From Parcubacteria group bacterium CG11_big_fil_rev_8_21_14_0_20_39_14 (GTDB lineage: Bacteria; Patescibacteriota; Minisyncoccia; Minisyncoccales; GCA-002787255), in NCBI GenBank assembly GCA_002787255.1, contig PCWD01000056.1, positions 1 through 38,243 on the forward strand: a DNA stretch of 38,243 bases, given 5' to 3'. This document shows, one piece after another, positions 14,921-23,770 of the stretch. Under the pieces are notes generated by a model. That model was given only the letters and a program-made list of their open reading frames with translations. It was not told the DNA's origin and made no database searches. Position numbers and translations under genes: made by a program. Each line of letters starts with the position of its first letter. Within the stretch, counting starts at the first letter, position 1.

Positions 14921-15775
14921 TCAAATTAGAAAACCGAGATACCAATTTATTAACAAATCTCCCCAGAATAATGCAACAAAGGTTCCGGCTACTAAAAATG
15001 GTCCAAAGGGCACTTCGCTCTTAAGGCTCTTTTTGCCAAAAGCGAGCAGTCCCATACCCATTATACCCCCCAATAAAAAACCAAAAAAGAGGGCTGTTAA
15101 AATATTCGGCCAACCCAAAATTAACCCTAAAAGAAATGCCAATTTTACATCTCCCCAACCCATCCAGCGCTCCCGGGACATCAAAACGATAGCTAAAAAA
15201 AATGTTGATGCTAAAATCGCTGATAAAAATGGGTTTAATAGAGTTTTGAAATCCGAAATCCGAAATCCGAAATCCGAAACAAATTCTAAATTTAAAATTC
15301 TGAAAACCTGATAAAAAAACGTAATAATAATTGCTGGAAAAATAATTCTGTCGGGAATAATATAGTGTTTTAAATCTACAACAAAAATTATTATAAGAAA
15401 ACAGGCAATAAGCAAAAAATAACAAATAGGAAATGGGTTTTGAACCCCGCACCAGAACAAGTTCGATGCTGGGCAGGAATTTAAAATTGAAAATTCATTG
15501 AAAATTAGGAGAAATAGCGACCCGGTCGCTATTTCGACTAAGGGATATTGCCAGGAAATTTTTTGATGACAAGAACGGCATTTTCCCTGAAGCAAAATAA
15601 AACTAAAAACTGGCATGAGGTCATACCAGGCAATTACTTTTTTGCAATGAGGACAATAAGACCGACCAGAAATTCTTTCTCCTTTTGGCAAACGGCAGAT
15701 TACAACATTAAGAAAACTGCCGACACAAAGACCAAGAATGAAAATAATTAAAAACACCGGTTTTATCGGCGCCAA
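14921..15775 (-). CDS. pilD: Prepilin peptidase (A24 family)
   Basis: N-terminal Cys pairs CPHC...CRSC. Catalytic Asp motifs DLKHYIIPD and GWGDVKL. Start codon uncertain (TTG at 15775). Confidence 0.9.
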   Translation of the reverse strand: MAPIKPVFLIIFILGLCVGSFLNVVICRLPKGERISGRSYCPHCKKVIAWYDLMPVFSFILLQGKCRSCHQKISWQYPLVEIATGSLFLLIFNEFSILNSCPASNLFWCGVQNPFPICYFLLIACFLIIIFVVDLKHYIIPDRIIFPAIIITFFYQVFRILNLEFVSDFGFRISDFKTLLNPFLSAILASTFFLAIVLMSRERWMGWGDVKLAFLLGLILGWPNILTALFFGFLLGGIMGMGLLAFGKKSLKSEVPFGPFLVAGTFVALFWGDLLINWYLGFLI

Positions 15776-15817
15776 TCAGCGTTGCTATCGGCGTAATGTC
15801 AGCATAAATACTTAGTA

Positions 15818-15856
15818 ACGCTGAAGAACGCTGATATCTACGCTGAACTACGCTGA
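15818..15856. repeat. Helically phased ACGCTGA motif array (4 copies)
   Basis: acgctga starts at 15818, 15828, 15840 and 15850. An inverted counterpart lies at 21779-21818. Confidence 0.65.
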
Positions 15857-15879
15857 AAATCTTTATCAAAAAAATAGTA

Positions 15880-17097
15880 TTAAAATACCGTGCCGGCCAT
15901 CTGATAAATGGGCATTATAATCCCAACAACAATAAATCCCACGGCAGCCCCAAGCACTAAAATCATTAGGGGCTCAACAAGGCTGACCAAATTATCGGTC
16001 ATTCTGGTTACTTCTTTTTTATAAAATTCGGCTGAGTTTTTTAAAACTGCCGGCAATTTACCGGTTTTTTCACCGATTAAAATCATTTGAGTAATTAAAG
16101 GGGGTATTTCTTTTTCCATTTTAAATATAGAGCTCATAAATTCTCCCCGCCTTATTCCCGCCTCGGCTTTAAGAATTATGTCTCTATAAGTTTCGTTTCC
16201 GACGACATCTGCCGCTACCTCCATTGATTTGGAAATTGGCAAGCCTCCCGTGATTAGGGTGCTTAAATTTTCCGAAAAACGGGCAAGGGAGATTTTTTTA
16301 AAAAGTTCTCCAAAAACCGGCACTTTTAAAATAAATTTGTCCCAGATTTTTTTGCCTTTGGCCGTAGCTTTCCAATATAGAAAAAAAACAATGCCCCCGG
16401 CCAAAAATATAAATAATATCCAGCCCCAGCTTCTTAAAAACATGGTAAAGGCCATAATTATTCGGGTGACCGTTGGCAGACCCTGACCCGATTCTTCCAA
16501 AACTGAAGTTAAAGCCGGAATTACAAAAAGAAGCATTATGGTCATTACAATAATCAGGGCGCAAAAAATAAAAGCCGGGTAATACATTGACCCTTTAACT
16601 TTGCTCATTATATCGTATTCGCTTTCATAGTGGTCGGCAAGGTAAGACAGCGATTCGGAAAGTTTTCCGGAAAGTTCTCCGGCTCGAATCATGCTTACAT
16701 AAAAACTGGAAAAAATTTCAGGGTATTTTGAAAGAGCTTTGGAAAAAGCCGTCCCGGACTCAACATTGTCAGAGATTTTAAAAATCTTTTCCCGAAAACG
16801 AGAATTACCTACCTGGTTGCCCATTGTTCTTAAAGACTCAACCAAAGGAACTTCTGAGACAAAAAGGATGGCAAGCTGACGAGAAAAAATGGAAACATCC
16901 CGTAAACTAACCTTTTTGGTAATTAATGGAATTTCTAATTTTTTAAAGAAAGAAGGAGCTTCCTCAATTTCTCTTAAACTAGTTACTATAAGATTGTGTC
17001 TTTGTAAAATATCAATAGCCGCTTCCTGGCTGGAAACCTCAACAATGCCTGACTGAACTGTTCCCTTTGGGGTTCTGGCTTGATATTCAAACTTCAT
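15880..17097 (-). CDS. pilC: Type IV pilus platform protein PilC (GspF family)
   Basis: 405 aa with two GspF-like repeats and three TM segments. Located between pilB and pilD. Confidence 0.9.
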   Translation of the reverse strand: MKFEYQARTPKGTVQSGIVEVSSQEAAIDILQRHNLIVTSLREIEEAPSFFKKLEIPLITKKVSLRDVSIFSRQLAILFVSEVPLVESLRTMGNQVGNSRFREKIFKISDNVESGTAFSKALSKYPEIFSSFYVSMIRAGELSGKLSESLSYLADHYESEYDIMSKVKGSMYYPAFIFCALIIVMTIMLLFVIPALTSVLEESGQGLPTVTRIIMAFTMFLRSWGWILFIFLAGGIVFFLYWKATAKGKKIWDKFILKVPVFGELFKKISLARFSENLSTLITGGLPISKSMEVAADVVGNETYRDIILKAEAGIRRGEFMSSIFKMEKEIPPLITQMILIGEKTGKLPAVLKNSAEFYKKEVTRMTDNLVSLVEPLMILVLGAAVGFIVVGIIMPIYQMAGTVF

Positions 17098-17176
17098 ACC
17101 TTTAAAAACTTAAAAAATTAAAAATCTAAAAAAATAAAATAATCGGTTTTTATATCTTTAAATTTTTATGTTTTTA
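17098..17176 (-). repeat. AT-rich palindromic 5-prime leader element, copy upstream of pilC
   Basis: cctttaaaaacttaaaaaattaaaaatctaaaaaaataaaataatcggtttttatatctttaaatttttatgttttta. About 95 percent identical by eye to 20355-20433. Confidence 0.75.
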
Positions 17177-17285
17177 TCCCGCGCCTTTTCCAGCGAGCGT
17201 TTCCGATAATACGGAATTGGTCCCGCACCTTTTTAGGACAACTTCGTTATTTTGCGCAAAGCGCAGTCCACAAAAGGTGCGGGAT

Positions 17286-19031
17286 TTATTTTTCTATTTC
17301 GGTTGCCTGAACTACTTCCCCAATGCTTATAAGCCCCTGCAGAACTTTAATTATTCCGTCCTGGAGCATTGTGGTCATTTCTTGTCTTTGACCTTCTCTG
17401 ATTATTTCGCTTTCAATCGGTTTTTCAATTATTATCTTCTCAAGCTGAGGAGACATTGTTAAAGTTTCAAAAATAGCAACTCGCCCTCTGGTGCCCTGAC
17501 TTAAACATTTATCGCAACCTTTTGGCTGATAGACATATATCGGGGAAGAAACCTTAAGCTCTTTTTGAATAGCTTGAGGAAGTTTGGAAACCTCGTTTAA
17601 GATTAATTTTTCCATCTCCGGATTAGCTTTAATTTTTTCTTTGCAGCGGGGGCAAAGTCTTCTAATAAGCCGTTGAGCAACGCACAAAATTAAAGAAGAG
17701 GGAATCAGATAGGGAGCAACCTTTAAATCAATGAGGCGGTGAATAATTCCAACAGCATTATTGGTATGAATGGTTGATAAAACAATGTGTCCGGTTAAAG
17801 CGGCGTGAGTTGCCAGAGAGGCAGTTTCCTCATCGCGAATTTCACCAACCATAATAATATTGGGGTCCTGCCTCAAAACATTGCGAAGCCCTGTTGCAAA
17901 AGAATAGCCGATTTCCGGTCTAATCTGGGATTGATTTACTCCGCTAATATAATATTCAACCGGGTCTTCCAGGGTAACAATATTAACTCCTTCTTTGTTC
18001 AGGATATTTAAGATACCGTAAAGCGTGGTGGTTTTACCAGAACCCGTTGGTCCGGACAACAAAATCATTCCAAAAGGTTTTTTTATCCCTTGCTCCACTT
18101 TCTTTAAATTGTTAAACTGCAGCCCGAGATCGGGAAGTCCGCGCAAACCGGTGGAAGGATCAAGCACTCTCATTGCTACTTTTTCTCCAAGCGAAGTTGG
18201 AAAAGTGGAAATTCTAAAATCAATATCCTTTAGGCCAACCTTAGTATGAAATCTTCCATCCTGGGGAACTCTTGTTTCGTCAATCCTCAAATTTGAAAGA
18301 ATTTTAATTCTGGTAACAACGGCTGGAGCAATATTTAATGGCAAAGACAAAGCTGCATGCAAAACTCCGTCAACCCGAAACCGAACTCTTAAATTATCCT
18401 TGGTTGGCTCCACATGAATATCAGAAGCCCTGCCCTCAACAGCATACTTTATAATAACCGCCACCATTTTGATAATGGGGGCTTCTTTAGCAATTTTTTC
18501 GGCTTCCCCGGGAGCCTCAATCGGCAGTTCAATTCCTGGTCCCCTTTCGATAAAAGCTTCGGTTTCCAGTTCCTTTAAGGTTCTTGTTACTTCCTCGCCA
18601 AAAGTTTTATAGCGCTTTAAAATTTGCTCATAAGTTGTCGGCGTGATAATAAAAAATTCAGGAGCAAAACCCTCCTTGGCGGCAATAAACTTTAGAGCTT
18701 CTTTGGCCTCAAAATCACCGGGGTTTAGAATTCCTATCTCAAGTATCCCTCCCCTTTTCCCAAGGGGAACAAATTTATAAAACTTAGCCGCTTCTTCACT
18801 GATTTGTTTAAGAACATCTTCGGGTATTTCTGTTCCTTCGCTGATTTTTCTGAAAGGAACATTAAAAATTTTTGATTTTGCTTCAGCAACCTCCTCCTCG
18901 CTGGCTAATTTTTCTTCATAAATAAGAGCTTCAATTGATTTTTCAGTTTTTCCGGATTCCTCCTTTAAATAATCGGCATCTTGCTTTTTTAAGATGCCTA
19001 ATGATAGTAAAGTTTCAATTAGAGTAGGCAT
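17286..19031 (-). CDS. pilB: Type IV pilus assembly ATPase PilB (GspE family)
   Basis: 581 aa. N-terminal GSPII-like domain, Walker A GPTGSGKTT, tetracysteine CPRC...CDKC. Confidence 0.93.
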   Translation of the reverse strand: MPTLIETLLSLGILKKQDADYLKEESGKTEKSIEALIYEEKLASEEEVAEAKSKIFNVPFRKISEGTEIPEDVLKQISEEAAKFYKFVPLGKRGGILEIGILNPGDFEAKEALKFIAAKEGFAPEFFIITPTTYEQILKRYKTFGEEVTRTLKELETEAFIERGPGIELPIEAPGEAEKIAKEAPIIKMVAVIIKYAVEGRASDIHVEPTKDNLRVRFRVDGVLHAALSLPLNIAPAVVTRIKILSNLRIDETRVPQDGRFHTKVGLKDIDFRISTFPTSLGEKVAMRVLDPSTGLRGLPDLGLQFNNLKKVEQGIKKPFGMILLSGPTGSGKTTTLYGILNILNKEGVNIVTLEDPVEYYISGVNQSQIRPEIGYSFATGLRNVLRQDPNIIMVGEIRDEETASLATHAALTGHIVLSTIHTNNAVGIIHRLIDLKVAPYLIPSSLILCVAQRLIRRLCPRCKEKIKANPEMEKLILNEVSKLPQAIQKELKVSSPIYVYQPKGCDKCLSQGTRGRVAIFETLTMSPQLEKIIIEKPIESEIIREGQRQEMTTMLQDGIIKVLQGLISIGEVVQATEIEK

Positions 19032-19077
19032 GTTAGAAATTGTTAGCGAGCCAAAGGCGAGCGTTACAATTTCTTAC

Positions 19078-19143
19078 ACCCCGTTAGATAGCCCCAATTA
19101 GAGATGGCGACTACGCCTATCTAATGGGGCGTCTAATGGGGTA
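19078..19143. repeat. ccccgttaga/tctaatgggg palindromic element, locus 2, upstream of pilB
   Basis: ccccgttagatagccccaattagagatggcgactacgcctatctaatggggcgtctaatgggg. Aligns with 21644-21706. Confidence 0.7.
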
Positions 19144-19274
19144 AAGGACTTTGTAACACCCCGCTCTCTCTGTGCTCTTGGAATTTTTATTGAAAGTTAT
19201 TATAAGAGAATATAGCTTTCCAAATAATTTAATTTTCAATCCGAGGGCTTAGAGGGCGGGGTTAATAAATTCCT

Positions 19275-20354
19275 TTAGTATTGTTTTTTCATTCTTGACC
19301 TTAATTCTGACGGATTTAAAGAATAAATCAAAGCGTTTTCCATTGAAATTTCTCTTCTTTTTACAAGTTCGACCAAAGAACGATTGAGAGCTATCATTCC
19401 GAGCTCCGTATTTGTTTCAATAACCAAGTTTAATTCATGGGTTTTGCCCTCTCTAATCAGGGATGATACAGCCGGGCAACTAATCATTATTTCGCTTGCC
19501 GGAATTCTTCCACCCTCAATTCGAGGAATAAGCCTTTGGGAAATTACTCCCAAAAGAGTAGCCGCAAGCTGAGACCTTATCTGATTCTGTTGACTGGCCG
19601 GAAAACTATCAATAATTCTGTCAACAGTTTGAGAAGCGTTATTGGTGTGCAAAGAAGCAAAAACCAAGTGTCCGGTCTCGGCTGCCGTAATGGCCGCCGA
19701 CATCGTTTCATAGTCTCTCATCTCTCCTATCATAATTACATCGGGATCCTGACGGAAAACCGATCTTAGAGCATTGTGAAAATTATAAGTATCCAATATC
19801 ACCTCTCTTTGATTAACAATTGCCCTGTCCTGAATAAAAAGATACTCAATTGGGTCCTCAATTGTTACAATATGGTCGGTTCGGGTATGGTTTATTTCAT
19901 CAATTAAAGCCGCTAAAGTTGTGGATTTTCCGTGACCGGATGGGCCAACCACCAAAACAAAACCCTGATTTGCTTGAGAAAATTCATGACAGATGGGTGG
20001 CAAATTTAACTCTTCAATTGTTTTAATTCTGGCGGGAATAAGACGCAAGGCCGCGCTAATAAAACCCCTCTGAAAAAAAACATTAACCCGAAACCTGACT
20101 TTGTCCTTGTGGGAATAAGAAAAATCAATTTCTTTTTCTCTAAGAAACCTTTCTTTCTGTTCTTCTGAAAGCAAAGCAAAAACCAAACCCTCGCAATCCT
20201 TGGGAGTAAGAATTTCTTTCTTTTCAATGGAAACCAGAGCTCCGTCAATTCTCAAAGTTGGCTTTCTGCCTACCCCTAAATGAAGATCTGACGCATTGCC
20301 TTGAGCAACCATGAGTAAAAGCTCATCTAATTCTTGTTGATAATTAATTATCAT
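19275..20354 (-). CDS. pilT: Type IV pilus retraction ATPase PilT
   Basis: 359 aa. Walker A GPSGHGKST. PilT-type size with no N-terminal GSPII domain. Confidence 0.9.
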   Translation of the reverse strand: MIINYQQELDELLLMVAQGNASDLHLGVGRKPTLRIDGALVSIEKKEILTPKDCEGLVFALLSEEQKERFLREKEIDFSYSHKDKVRFRVNVFFQRGFISAALRLIPARIKTIEELNLPPICHEFSQANQGFVLVVGPSGHGKSTTLAALIDEINHTRTDHIVTIEDPIEYLFIQDRAIVNQREVILDTYNFHNALRSVFRQDPDVIMIGEMRDYETMSAAITAAETGHLVFASLHTNNASQTVDRIIDSFPASQQNQIRSQLAATLLGVISQRLIPRIEGGRIPASEIMISCPAVSSLIREGKTHELNLVIETNTELGMIALNRSLVELVKRREISMENALIYSLNPSELRSRMKKQY

Positions 20355-20433
20355 GCCTTTAAAAACTTAAAAAATTAAAAATCTAAAAACATAAAATAAT
20401 CGGTTTTTATATTTTTAGATTTTTATGTTTTTA
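20355..20433 (-). repeat. AT-rich palindromic 5-prime leader element, copy upstream of pilT
   Basis: Abuts the pilT start codon. Differs from 17098-17176 at about 4 positions. Confidence 0.75.
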
Positions 20434-20446
20434 GATTTTTATTACT

Positions 20447-20743
20447 TTAATATGGCACAAAGGGATTTTCTCGACCGCTCTCTTCTACGGTTAGAGAAGA
20501 AATGTCGGGAAAACTTTCCAGGGCCTGGAATCTCTCATCCTTTAAAATTTCCCATTTTATATCAAGTTTTTTTAGTTCTTCGGAAACAACGGGAACTGCC
20601 TCCTGGGGCTTTTCAGAAACCGGCGGCTTCGCCCCCAAAAAAACAAAATAAAAAATGCTTGCCAAAGCAATCAATACAATTACAAAACCAACCCACAAAA
20701 TGAGCTTTTTCCTTCTTCCTTTTTGAACAATTGTTATGGCCAT
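20447..20743 (-). CDS. Single-pass membrane protein, possibly PilP-like
   Basis: 98 aa with an N-terminal TM helix and a C-terminal GRENPFVPY motif. Located between pilO and pilT. Confidence 0.45.
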   Translation of the reverse strand: MAITIVQKGRRKKLILWVGFVIVLIALASIFYFVFLGAKPPVSEKPQEAVPVVSEELKKLDIKWEILKDERFQALESFPDISSLTVEESGRENPFVPY

Positions 20744-20744
20744 A

Positions 20745-20886
20745 AGCTCTCCCCTGCCCTTTCTAAAGTTTCCACAAAGGTTAATAACTCAAATAATTGA
20801 TAAATACAGATAAAAATTTCAAAACTTTTTGGAAATTATAGAAAGGGCGGGGTCGCTAAAATAAAATATCAAATATTAAAAATCAA
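20745..20886. mobile_element. MITE-like element, copy 2, inverted relative to copy 1
   Basis: tcccctgccctttctaaagtttccacaaaggttaataact...ggaaattatagaaagggcggggtcgc. It abuts the start codon of the 98-aa gene and supplies its GGGGAG Shine-Dalgarno. Confidence 0.75.
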
Positions 20887-21082
20887 AAATAGAATAAGGT
20901 TTCTAAAATTTACCTAGAACCAATTCTTCACGGAGTTTATCCCGCACCGAATTTATTCTGGTGCGGGGTTAAGAATGGCACGGGGCAAGCACTGGGGAAT
21001 TCGACCAAAAATACTGACCGTGCTTTCCCCCCACTCTCCACCAAGACGGGGTAGTATTTGAGGTTATTTTACATTTTGATTT

Positions 21083-21634
21083 TTATTTCTGAGGAAAGTA
21101 ATAAAGCTTGACTCCTAAAATAATGGGGAGAAGTTGCTCCGCCGTTTTCTCACCCTCTTCTTTGGTACCGGAAGAAAAATTAATACTTTGAACATCTATT
21201 ATTCTTAGATTTTTTTCTAATCTTTTTAAAAATGTTTTTAGCGAAGAATAACTTCCAATAAAATTATTATTAACCGAAACAGCCGCTCCGCCGGGAGAAA
21301 CCGATTCAGATTGTTCTTTGAAGTCAAAATTTTTCATAACCAAACCGCTGTCTGTCGCAAAATTCTGAAACTGAAATAAAATACTTGTTATTTGAGAATT
21401 CGTAGGCAGAGCCAAATTCAGTCTCTCTATCTGGTCTTGCCACAATCCGGACTCCTCCCGAAGCTCTTCAATCCTTTTTATAATTTTTTTCCTTTCGGCA
21501 AGATAAGCCTTTCTTTCCTCGAGTTTTATTTGAGTGTCTTGAGATTTTTCAATAGCCGGGAGAGTTAAAAACTGCAAAATCAAACCAAATGCCAAAAAAA
21601 CTCCAAAAATTGTATAAACTTTTTTCTTATGCAT
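21083..21634 (-). CDS. pilO: Type IV pilus assembly protein PilO-like
   Basis: TM helix plus coiled coil. The ATG at 21634 is preceded by gaaggaac. The 21 extra N-terminal residues of the track ORF are coded by a repeat element. Confidence 0.7.
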   Translation of the reverse strand: MHKKKVYTIFGVFLAFGLILQFLTLPAIEKSQDTQIKLEERKAYLAERKKIIKRIEELREESGLWQDQIERLNLALPTNSQITSILFQFQNFATDSGLVMKNFDFKEQSESVSPGGAAVSVNNNFIGSYSSLKTFLKRLEKNLRIIDVQSINFSSGTKEEGEKTAEQLLPIILGVKLYYFPQK

Positions 21635-21643
21635 GTTCCTTCG

Positions 21644-21706
21644 CCTGTTAGATAGCCCCGTTAGGTGGCGGTTACGCCCATCTAATGGGGCGCTCATCTA
21701 ACGGGG
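21644..21706. repeat. ccccgttaga/tctaacgggg palindromic element, locus 3, upstream of pilO
   Basis: ctgttagatagccccgttaggtggcggttacgcccatctaatggggcgctcatctaacgggg. Confidence 0.7.
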
Positions 21707-21778
21707 TCAGTCAACCCCGTTAGAAATAAAATATAAAAGATAAAAATTTATAGGGTGAGATTGTTGAATAATTATTTT

Positions 21779-21818
21779 TCAGCGTAATTTCAGCGTATAG
21801 TTCAGCGTGGTTCAGAAC
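21779..21818. repeat. Phased TCAGCGT motif array, inverse of 15818-15856
   Basis: tcagcgt at 21779, 21790 and 21802, plus a degenerate tcagaac at 21812. Confidence 0.65.
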
Positions 21819-21838
21819 CATTTTCTTATTTTTGCTCT

Positions 21839-22408
21839 TTAATTTTTGGTTTTTGATTTTTCCAACAATATCTCTTTGTCAAAAGTCAAATCCAGGCTAA
21901 ATATTACTTTGCCGCCGGGAGAAAGCGAAATACCGGAAACCCTTGCTTCTTTTACCTCCGGACTCTCCGAAAAAACAATCATCTGCTTTACCATGGCAAC
22001 ATAACCTTCCGCTTCCCCTTGAGAGCGAATTATACCATCCGCCAGGTTGACATCAAAACCATAATATCTAGTTTTGGGCAGGGCCAACTTCTCAAAAAAA
22101 GAAAAAACGGCCGAGGAGTGAATATGTTCGTCAAGGATATGTTTAAGGTTTCTAATTCTGGTATTAAGACTAAAAATATCATCTATAAATTTTTCATCTT
22201 CCTTAAGGTCTCGCTGGCTCTCAATCAATTTTATTTCACCTTCAATTGATTCAATAGATTTTTGCAACATGGCATTGTAAAGAAAAAAGCCTAAAAAAAC
22301 TAAAACCACCAAAGTTAACAGGGTTATCGGAAAATAAAAAATAGTTTTCTCAAAAGAAATCTTAAATCCCGGTTTTTCTTTTTTGGGAATTAAAGTAATT
22401 TCCGGCAT
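21839..22408 (-). CDS. pilN: Type IV pilus assembly protein PilN-like
   Basis: 189 aa, single TM helix after a short N-terminus. Located between pilM and pilO. Confidence 0.7.
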   Translation of the reverse strand: MPEITLIPKKEKPGFKISFEKTIFYFPITLLTLVVLVFLGFFLYNAMLQKSIESIEGEIKLIESQRDLKEDEKFIDDIFSLNTRIRNLKHILDEHIHSSAVFSFFEKLALPKTRYYGFDVNLADGIIRSQGEAEGYVAMVKQMIVFSESPEVKEARVSGISLSPGGKVIFSLDLTFDKEILLEKSKTKN

Positions 22409-22529
22409 GCAACATGATGCTAATCTACGAATTTTATGCGAATGCTACGAATATGCCAATATTTTTATTTGCATTTATTCGCATATTTGTAGATTGGCAT
22501 TGGATTTGTAGATTTGCATTATGTTTTTT

Positions 22530-23603
22530 TTACCTTAGTTCTCTCATTGCCAGCCCCACGGCTACGGCAAAAGAAGGACCTATTTCTTTTAAAATGGGGG
22601 TTAAAACCGGCGGACATTCAATTCCTCTGAAGGGATCGCCGATTCGAACCTCTCTTCCAAACTTCTCAACAAAGTATTCAACAAGCCCTGGCAACTTTGC
22701 TGTGCCGCCGGTTAATATAAATTTTACTACCCTGGTTCCGTTCTTTTGAAAATAGATAGCTGTAATTTTTTCAATTTCAAAAAAAATAATATCGACAAGG
22801 GGGGAAATAATCTGAGAAATTTCTTCCTCTCCCCCGCCCCTTCTTATCCCTCTTTCCTTCTTTATATCCTCAGCTCGCTTAAAATCGATATTCAGGCTTC
22901 CGGCTAAAACTTTGGTCATTTCGCTCCCGGAAGTTTCAATACTGCGGCAAACTTTAACCATTCCACCATCAACTATAGTAATATTGGTGCCCCTTGCGCC
23001 AAAATCTACTAAACAAATAGAACTTTTATCATCTTGAATCAGAGACCTCGCCAGACTAAAAGTTTCTACTTCCAAAGCTTTAACTTGAAGTCCGGAAAGC
23101 GCTGCAATGTCGGTATATTTTCGAATTATCTCCTCGGGAACAGCCACTAAAAGAATCGGAATTTTTTGAGGAGGTCCCCCTTCGGGTATTTCTTTTAAAA
23201 GAGTCCAGTCCAGCACCACTTCGGAAATTGGCACGGGAATATATTGTCTTGCCTGAAAAGTTACCGCCTGAGCAACCTCCTCTTTTGTCATAAAGGGAAG
23301 AGTCATGGTGGTAATAAAACTCGAAAAAACCGGAATAGATATTGAAGCTAACCTTGTTCGAACTTGAGCCTCTTTTAATGTTTTTTTTATTAACTCGGCG
23401 ATTCCTTCACCCAACACTTGAGTGGAGCTCATTTCTAATGGCGTAAAACTTTTTCTTTCAAGTTTTGGGCTAATGATTTCAGCGTAATTTGTTAATTTTA
23501 AAACATCCTCCCCTTTAGTTAATTCTACCATTTTTATTGAGGATGTGCCAATATCTATTCCCAGAGAAGTCGCCTTCCTTTTTTTAAGAAATGAAATGTT
23601 CAT
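22530..23603 (-). CDS. pilM: Type IV pilus assembly ATPase-fold protein PilM
   Basis: 357 aa. Actin-like fold motifs GIDIGTSSIK and DFGARGTN. Confidence 0.88.
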   Translation of the reverse strand: MNISFLKKRKATSLGIDIGTSSIKMVELTKGEDVLKLTNYAEIISPKLERKSFTPLEMSSTQVLGEGIAELIKKTLKEAQVRTRLASISIPVFSSFITTMTLPFMTKEEVAQAVTFQARQYIPVPISEVVLDWTLLKEIPEGGPPQKIPILLVAVPEEIIRKYTDIAALSGLQVKALEVETFSLARSLIQDDKSSICLVDFGARGTNITIVDGGMVKVCRSIETSGSEMTKVLAGSLNIDFKRAEDIKKERGIRRGGGEEEISQIISPLVDIIFFEIEKITAIYFQKNGTRVVKFILTGGTAKLPGLVEYFVEKFGREVRIGDPFRGIECPPVLTPILKEIGPSFAVAVGLAMRELR

Positions 23604-23770
23604 TAAACCACAAATTTTTGCTAATTAAGTGCTAATATGCGCTAATGATATTCGCCCAAATTCGCGCCCGCATTAGCGCAAATTAGTGAGGGAGTTTGAC
23701 TAAAACTCTTGTCTGGTTTTATTATACCATAAAGCGAAAAGTAAAGCCAAGGCAATATGGCAATAATAAT

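Noticed and set aside
15021-15452. 143-aa alternative-frame ORF and 92-aa antisense ORF inside pilD
   Set aside because: They are low-complexity translations of AT-rich membrane-protein codons and heptamer repeats. The pilD frame carries the catalytic motifs.
21635-21697. N-terminal extensions in track ORFs: pilO 21635-21697, gatC 8760-8792 and comFC 23696-23770
   Set aside because: The extensions are coded by spacer repeat words or use TTG starts. Internal ATGs give canonical N-termini, and for pilO a good Shine-Dalgarno.
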